A DNA stretch of 52,496 nucleotides, taken from positions 1-52,496 of the IMG/VR virus record IMGVR_UViG_3300020131_000006; one strand, written 5' to 3'. Shown here piece by piece: positions 47,658-52,496 of this stretch (positions are counted from its first letter, which is position 1; each line of letters opens with the position of its first letter). The notes below the pieces were generated by a model. It made no database searches. It was given only the letters and a program-made list of their open reading frames with translations, and had not been told where the DNA came from. Source of the stretch: a virus. Lineage: Duplodnaviria > Caudoviricetes. Both the position numbers and the translations under genes were made by a program.

Positions 47658-47673
47658 GTTACAACCTTGTAAC
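47658..47673. repeat. 16-bp palindromic motif, copy 11 (inverted centre)
   Basis: GTTACAACCTTGTAAC directly after a stop. Confidence 0.85.
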
Positions 47674-47694
47674 AATCTAATATAGGAGAGTGTT

Positions 47695-48144
47695 ATGTGG
47701 CTGAGGATATTTAAAGAGCATATCAAGAAGGATATCGAAAAAGAATTACCTGATAAGTTCTCGGTGGAGTATGGTGTTTTATCAGCGGATTACAAAAGTA
47801 TACATCGTCTTCGGTTTACGACGCAAGAAGACACATATACTAGGACACTGTTTTCAGTTAGGTTAACACAGTTTCCAGAAAATTGCGGTATTGTTTTGGT
47901 AGCTGGTTTAATCTCTGACACAGATGAACTCAGAAGCATTGGTCTAAGGGCCATTAAGTCACAGTGTTATGATGCTGGATATACTCAGTTATTATACACT
48001 GTGAATGAGAAGCAAGAGGCATTAAAAGAGGCTCTTTTAGAGTTTGGTTTTGTTGAGCATCCATCTCTAAGTTTTCTGAATCATCGCTCAGGTAAACAAA
48101 TTACGTATCTTTCTTATGACTTAAGGAGCAAGAACAATGTATAA
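47695..48144 (+). CDS. hypothetical protein, possible GNAT fold (paralog 2)
   Basis: FPENCGI, YTQLLYT, L.EFGFVE...F.N.RSG. Confidence 0.6.
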   Translation: MWLRIFKEHIKKDIEKELPDKFSVEYGVLSADYKSIHRLRFTTQEDTYTRTLFSVRLTQFPENCGIVLVAGLISDTDELRSIGLRAIKSQCYDAGYTQLLYTVNEKQEALKEALLEFGFVEHPSLSFLNHRSGKQITYLSYDLRSKNNV

Positions 48145-48910
48145 TAATCTGCAACGCGGGGCTGACCCTGAACTCTTCTTACGGGATAAGCATAACTTTC
48201 CCGTAACAGCGATTGGTCTGATTGGGGGTAGTAAGAATGTGCCAAGGCAAATCGGTAATGGGTTTGCTTTGCAAGAGGATAATGTAGCTGTGGAGTTCAA
48301 CATTCCACCAGCTTCCTCTAAGGAACAGTTTGTTTCGTCCATTCACTTTGTACTTGACTTCTTACGTCAAGAACTAGCACCCAAGGAATTACACCTTGAC
48401 ATTTCTCCAACTATGGAATTTACAGAGGAGCAACTTGACCATCCACAGGCTCGTCAGTTTGGATGTGAGCCGGACTTCAATGCGTGGACTCTGGACATTA
48501 ACCCACGACCCAAAGCACCAGCAAACTTCCGTAGTAGTGGTGGTCACTTACATCTAGGTTGGGATGATCCAACTGAGGAAGAACAGGTTCGATTGATTAA
48601 GGCCCATGACTTATTCTGTGGTGTGCCTTCATTGATATACGACCCTGACGTTAAGCGTCGTGAAGTATATGGCAAGGCAGGGGCATGTCGTTTCAAAGAT
48701 TATGGTGTGGAGTATCGCACTCTATCGAACTTCTGGCTGAAGAGTGAAGAGTTGACAGCTTGGCTTTTCGAACAGTCGGAGAAAGCAGTTAAGTTTGTGA
48801 AAGACCAGAATAAATTATCTGAAGAAGATTGTGCTAAGATAGTTCATTGTATCAATGCATCTGATCATCAGCTTCTTGCAGAGTTGAATGAGAAGTTTGC
48901 AATTCTATAG
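48137..48910 (+). CDS. phiEco32-like COOH-NH2 ligase (type 2)
   Basis: GADPELF, IGGSK, LQEDNVAVEFN, FGCEPDFNAW, GGHLHLG, RR..YGKAG..R...YGVEYRTLSNFW. Confidence 0.9.
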   Translation: MYNNLQRGADPELFLRDKHNFPVTAIGLIGGSKNVPRQIGNGFALQEDNVAVEFNIPPASSKEQFVSSIHFVLDFLRQELAPKELHLDISPTMEFTEEQLDHPQARQFGCEPDFNAWTLDINPRPKAPANFRSSGGHLHLGWDDPTEEEQVRLIKAHDLFCGVPSLIYDPDVKRREVYGKAGACRFKDYGVEYRTLSNFWLKSEELTAWLFEQSEKAVKFVKDQNKLSEEDCAKIVHCINASDHQLLAELNEKFAIL

Positions 48911-48919
48911 GATTCTAAT

Positions 48920-49639
48920 ATGGATAATTTCAATGCAAAGGAATTACAGCGGCGGTATGGGGGAACGTATGTAAGTATCTTCCGCAAAGATACTAAGGAG
49001 ATTGTCGGAGCCTATGTAGATAGGATACATGCGGATGAGAACTTAACAGCAATACCCTCCGCTGTTCTCTATGTACTTCCCAAAGAGAAATCTGAGGAAT
49101 ATGTAATTAAAGGGTCTAAGGGGGACATGGGAAAAGCTGTTCTCCCACTTAGTCACTTTACCATTCTACCAATGCCACCGGCACGTGTCTTTGATGTTAA
49201 TGGGGTTACTATAGTATTCCGACGTGATCCTGCTAGACAGTGGCAGCGAGGACTTACTGGACAGAACGGAACGTTCCATAATCCACTGTACACATTCCTA
49301 ACTTCGGTAAAGAACTTCAAAGTTAAACGTGAACAGTTCAGATTATCTTTACAAGAGATTAATAATCTTTTGATTGGGGAGAGTGCTGGTAGTTTTAACA
49401 AAGCTCTGAATGATATTGAGGACTACAAGCTGTTGTCTAGAACTATCAACGATAAGTACTTTATCTCGTTGTATCCAGACAAGCAGCATGAGTATCTGCT
49501 ATTCCGAATGGAAGAGCCTCTGGCTTATTACAGTAGGGTTACAGATACCTTTACTGTTGTGAATCCTTTATTCGAGCAAGAGGTAAGTGATTTTATTCGT
49601 CGCAATAACTTGCGTTCATTTGTGAAGAGGGCCAATTAA
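48920..49639 (+). CDS. hypothetical protein in the ligase cluster
   Basis: 239 aa; R.P.RQW.RGL motif. Confidence 0.7.
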   Translation: MDNFNAKELQRRYGGTYVSIFRKDTKEIVGAYVDRIHADENLTAIPSAVLYVLPKEKSEEYVIKGSKGDMGKAVLPLSHFTILPMPPARVFDVNGVTIVFRRDPARQWQRGLTGQNGTFHNPLYTFLTSVKNFKVKREQFRLSLQEINNLLIGESAGSFNKALNDIEDYKLLSRTINDKYFISLYPDKQHEYLLFRMEEPLAYYSRVTDTFTVVNPLFEQEVSDFIRRNNLRSFVKRAN

Positions 49640-51133
49640 ATGAGAGTCAGAGATATGTTTCATGCGCCGGACTTCCTAGATGAAACAGAAATCTTATTGA
49701 AGATAGCACAAGATAAGAAGTATGTTTCTCCTGTTAAGATGGCAGTTGATGATGTTTTTGTGGGCATTGAGGTAGAGGTTGAACGAGTGTTCCGAACCAA
49801 TGGTATTCTCCCTCTGCCTTCGTCCGGTAACTTCCTATGGAAGAATGTAGAGGATGGAAGCCTACGTAACAATGGTCGAGAGTTTGTTTCTATTCCCATT
49901 CGTGGGGATACAATTCCATTCGCTCTTGAGGTATTGAATCGTACTCTCAATAAAGAGAAACTCTGCATTGGTCATGAGTTCTCTGAGAGAACCTCTGTGC
50001 ATGTTCATGTTGATGTTCGGGCAATGACTACTGAGCAGCTACAGAGCTTTATCCTGACGTACATTCTGTTAGAACCCCTGTTCTATAACTACACAGGAGA
50101 CACACGGTATAACAATATCTTCTGTGTACCTTTGAACTATTCAAATCTCAACAAGGTACTTAAGAGACTCTTTGATGATTTGCAAAAGGGAATTGCTCAT
50201 AAAGCTATGGGCGGTATTAATACATGGCCTAAGTACACAGGGTTTAACCTTAAACCAGTTACAACGTATGGTACTGTTGAGTTTCGGCATATGGGTGGAA
50301 CTTGTGATGTTGCTGAGTTGTCCAACTGGATCAATTTAATCTTACGGTTGCATCGGTACGCTGAGGGACAATCGTTTGAGAAGTTGAAGAGCCGCATCCT
50401 TAATATGAATACAACGTCAGAGTATATGCAAATTGTCTCTGAGATATTCGGCAATGACTTGTACTTGATTCGTGAGGATAAGTTGGTGCAGCATATGGAA
50501 GATATGGTTGTCTTTATTAAGGATATTTTCTCAAACGTATCTGTTAGCACACTCTTTTCCGCGGAACTAAAATCAAATTTCCCTGAAGAGTTATTAGATT
50601 GTAAGTTTGTCAAACATGCCACAGATGCAGGATGGTGGGTTAAGGTTAGGCTGCCATTTACTCGTGATGAATATCATACTTTCTTGGCAACAAGTGGACA
50701 TAATACGGAATATATTTCTTGGTTGTTTGAGTTCCACAAACGACACGCTATCAAGGTTCGGGATGACGACGAATTGCTTCTTCTATCTCACGAGCATATG
50801 AGATATTACTTGGACGAAGTACAGAAAAAGGAAAAGAAGGAAGTGGTGAAGAAGCGTGCCACACCACGGGAGCCTAGAGTGGAAGCTGTTGGTGGATGGG
50901 GGGGTGTTAACCCCAATCGAGATGATGCTATAGCGGCAATGGCCGCCGCCGCCCGTCGTGGTCTTGACCCTGATGTTGCAGCAGCAGCTCTTCGTGTGGA
51001 TGCGGTACCACCACTAAGGCCATTCGGCGAACAGCCGCAAGCAGAACCAGCCCCACGTCGTAGAGGACAGGTAGCAGAAATAGTTCAAGATGAAAATGGA
51101 AATGCAAATCTTATTTGGAGGGACATAGAATGA
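49640..51133 (+). CDS. putative amidoligase (glutamine synthetase-like fold)
   Basis: GIEVEVE, DGSLR, EFVS, SVHVH, KY..FN, GTVEFRH. Confidence 0.85.
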   Translation: MRVRDMFHAPDFLDETEILLKIAQDKKYVSPVKMAVDDVFVGIEVEVERVFRTNGILPLPSSGNFLWKNVEDGSLRNNGREFVSIPIRGDTIPFALEVLNRTLNKEKLCIGHEFSERTSVHVHVDVRAMTTEQLQSFILTYILLEPLFYNYTGDTRYNNIFCVPLNYSNLNKVLKRLFDDLQKGIAHKAMGGINTWPKYTGFNLKPVTTYGTVEFRHMGGTCDVAELSNWINLILRLHRYAEGQSFEKLKSRILNMNTTSEYMQIVSEIFGNDLYLIREDKLVQHMEDMVVFIKDIFSNVSVSTLFSAELKSNFPEELLDCKFVKHATDAGWWVKVRLPFTRDEYHTFLATSGHNTEYISWLFEFHKRHAIKVRDDDELLLLSHEHMRYYLDEVQKKEKKEVVKKRATPREPRVEAVGGWGGVNPNRDDAIAAMAAAARRGLDPDVAAAALRVDAVPPLRPFGEQPQAEPAPRRRGQVAEIVQDENGNANLIWRDIE

Positions 51134-51918
51134 ACTTAGTAATATATCCATACAACTTAGGTAGTGCTTCTGCTCGTGCTTTAAAAGAAGCACTTACGGA
51201 TAGGTTACAAGCACGGGTGTTGCGGGTACGGTCATCTGCTCGTTTGCGGCAGCGTCCTCGTATCGTGTTGAATCTTGGGAATGCTAGACCACCTGAGTTC
51301 TTCCATACTCGTATGATTAATCAACCAGCCGCTGTTAATGTGGCAGGTAACAAGCTTCTGTCTTTCCAAGCTTTGAGGGATGCCAACATTCCAATTCCTG
51401 AGTTCACTACTGATATTGCTCAGGCAAGCAATTGGTTACAGGAAGGTATTTCTGTACTTTCCAGAGAAGCACTTCGTGGGCATAGTGGGGAAGGTATTGT
51501 GATAAATAATCCCAACCCAACTAATGCTGTGGCATTGGCTCCACTGTATGTCAAGTACAAAAAGAAGAAACATGAGTTCCGTGTCCATGTGTTTAATGGT
51601 CAGGTGATTGACTTGCAGCAGAAGAAGAAGATACGTGACTTCGAGCATACTGATGAACAGAAGAAAGTTCGTAGTCATCATAATGGTTGGGTATTCTGTC
51701 GAGAGGACTTAAATTTAAATGAAGAAAATCTGGTTCGAATTAAAGCTATCGCTGTATCTGCTGTTAATGTTTTGGGTTTGGATTTTGGTGCTGTTGACAT
51801 TATTTTTAATGAAAGAGAGAACGCTTTCTACGTCTTGGAAGTTAACACCGCTCCGGGCTTGGAAGGGCAGACGTTAGAATCTTATGTTGAAGCTATTGCT
51901 AATTTTGTGGGGGTATAA
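51130..51918 (+). CDS. ATP-grasp peptide ligase (RimK-like)
   Basis: NK...F, GHSGEGI, EFRVHV, LDFGAVDII, VLEVNTAPG; ATGA coupling. Confidence 0.9.
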   Translation: MNLVIYPYNLGSASARALKEALTDRLQARVLRVRSSARLRQRPRIVLNLGNARPPEFFHTRMINQPAAVNVAGNKLLSFQALRDANIPIPEFTTDIAQASNWLQEGISVLSREALRGHSGEGIVINNPNPTNAVALAPLYVKYKKKKHEFRVHVFNGQVIDLQQKKKIRDFEHTDEQKKVRSHHNGWVFCREDLNLNEENLVRIKAIAVSAVNVLGLDFGAVDIIFNERENAFYVLEVNTAPGLEGQTLESYVEAIANFVGV

Positions 51919-51922
51919 TAAA

Positions 51923-52078
51923 ATGAGAATTAAATGTACGTGTCATCATGAGTATCAGGATAACCGTTATGGTAAGGGGGTTAGAGTAGCAACTCCTAAG
52001 AAACTTTCCCAAGGAAAACCAACAGAAGTTAAGTGCACTGTTTGTGGAACAGTTACTAAGAACTTCACAGAAAAATAA
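51923..52078 (+). CDS. small Zn-binding protein
   Basis: CTC.HEYQD..YG.G.RV...CTVCG. Confidence 0.65.
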   Translation: MRIKCTCHHEYQDNRYGKGVRVATPKKLSQGKPTEVKCTVCGTVTKNFTEK

Positions 52079-52094
52079 GTTACAAGCTTGTAAC
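52079..52094. repeat. 16-bp palindromic motif, copy 12
   Basis: Perfect GTTACAAGCTTGTAAC directly after a stop. Confidence 0.85.
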
Positions 52095-52125
52095 ATCCAC
52101 CTATAATAATTATAAAGGAATTGAA

Positions 52126-52329
52126 ATGCATTGCCGTGCTTGTGATTGTGAATTAACTGATGAAGAAGCTGTTCGTAAATATGACAATTGGAAAGAGATT
52201 GAAAATCCAGAAGAGCGATATATTGATTTGTGCAACAGATGTATTGGTAAGTCAGACCTAGCGGTTTATGATAGTGACATGCTAGATACAACAAGTATAC
52301 CTGAAGAGGATTATCATGGAGAAGAGTAA
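52126..52329 (+). CDS. small Zn-finger protein
   Basis: CRACD..L...E..RK...DLC..C; AAGGA RBS. Confidence 0.7.
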   Translation: MHCRACDCELTDEEAVRKYDNWKEIENPEERYIDLCNRCIGKSDLAVYDSDMLDTTSIPEEDYHGEE

Positions 52330-52496
52330 AGTAGTGCCAGTAGAGCCAACAGAGGAAATGATTGAGGCAGGAATACTCAACGCGCACGGACACAAAGCGG
52401 AGTGGGAGATACGCCTGTTTTACAAGCTGTTCTACGAGGGAGCGATAGCAGCCGCCCCACAGCAGCAGGGCGAGCCGGTGGCATGGTTGATTCCAC
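52316..52496 (+). CDS. hypothetical protein, truncated at window end
   Basis: GAGG RBS; VPVEPTEEM...AAAP..EPVAW motif; locally higher GC. Confidence 0.6.
   Translation, partial: MEKSKVVPVEPTEEMIEAGILNAHGHKAEWEIRLFYKLFYEGAIAAAPQQQGEPVAWLIP

Overview
This window is most of a lytic, podovirus-like dsDNA phage genome from a Gram-negative host (embedded lipoprotein spanin, consensus sigma70 promoters, no phage RNA polymerase or integrase seen). Its layout and amidoligase/ATP-grasp genes recall phiEco32/PaP3/LUZ24-type phages. The + strand carries replication and nucleotide-metabolism genes at 1-11965 (primase end, DnaB-like helicase, split family A polymerase, SSB-like, 5'-3' exonuclease, HNH, HD hydrolase, spanins, class II RNR). 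The - strand carries the late arm at 12055-37440 (lysis, tail, ejection proteins, capsid, GroES, portal, terminase, 4 tRNAs). An AT-rich divergent region follows, then early small ORFs and an ~8 kb amide/peptide-ligase cluster (+, 44030-51918). Highlights: (1) the expanded cluster with two amidotransferases, tandem GNAT-like paralogs, two COOH-NH2 ligases and an ATP-grasp; (2) a ~40-aa N-terminal module shared by three otherwise unrelated virion-region proteins, next to an apparently split tail-nozzle gene; (3) 12 copies of a 16-bp palindrome, GTTACAA-SS-TTGTAAC, mostly at gene boundaries; (4) a polymerase split by a foreign ORF; (5) atypical tRNAs and an armless tRNA-like element. All family assignments come from recognising motifs by eye; no database searches were run.
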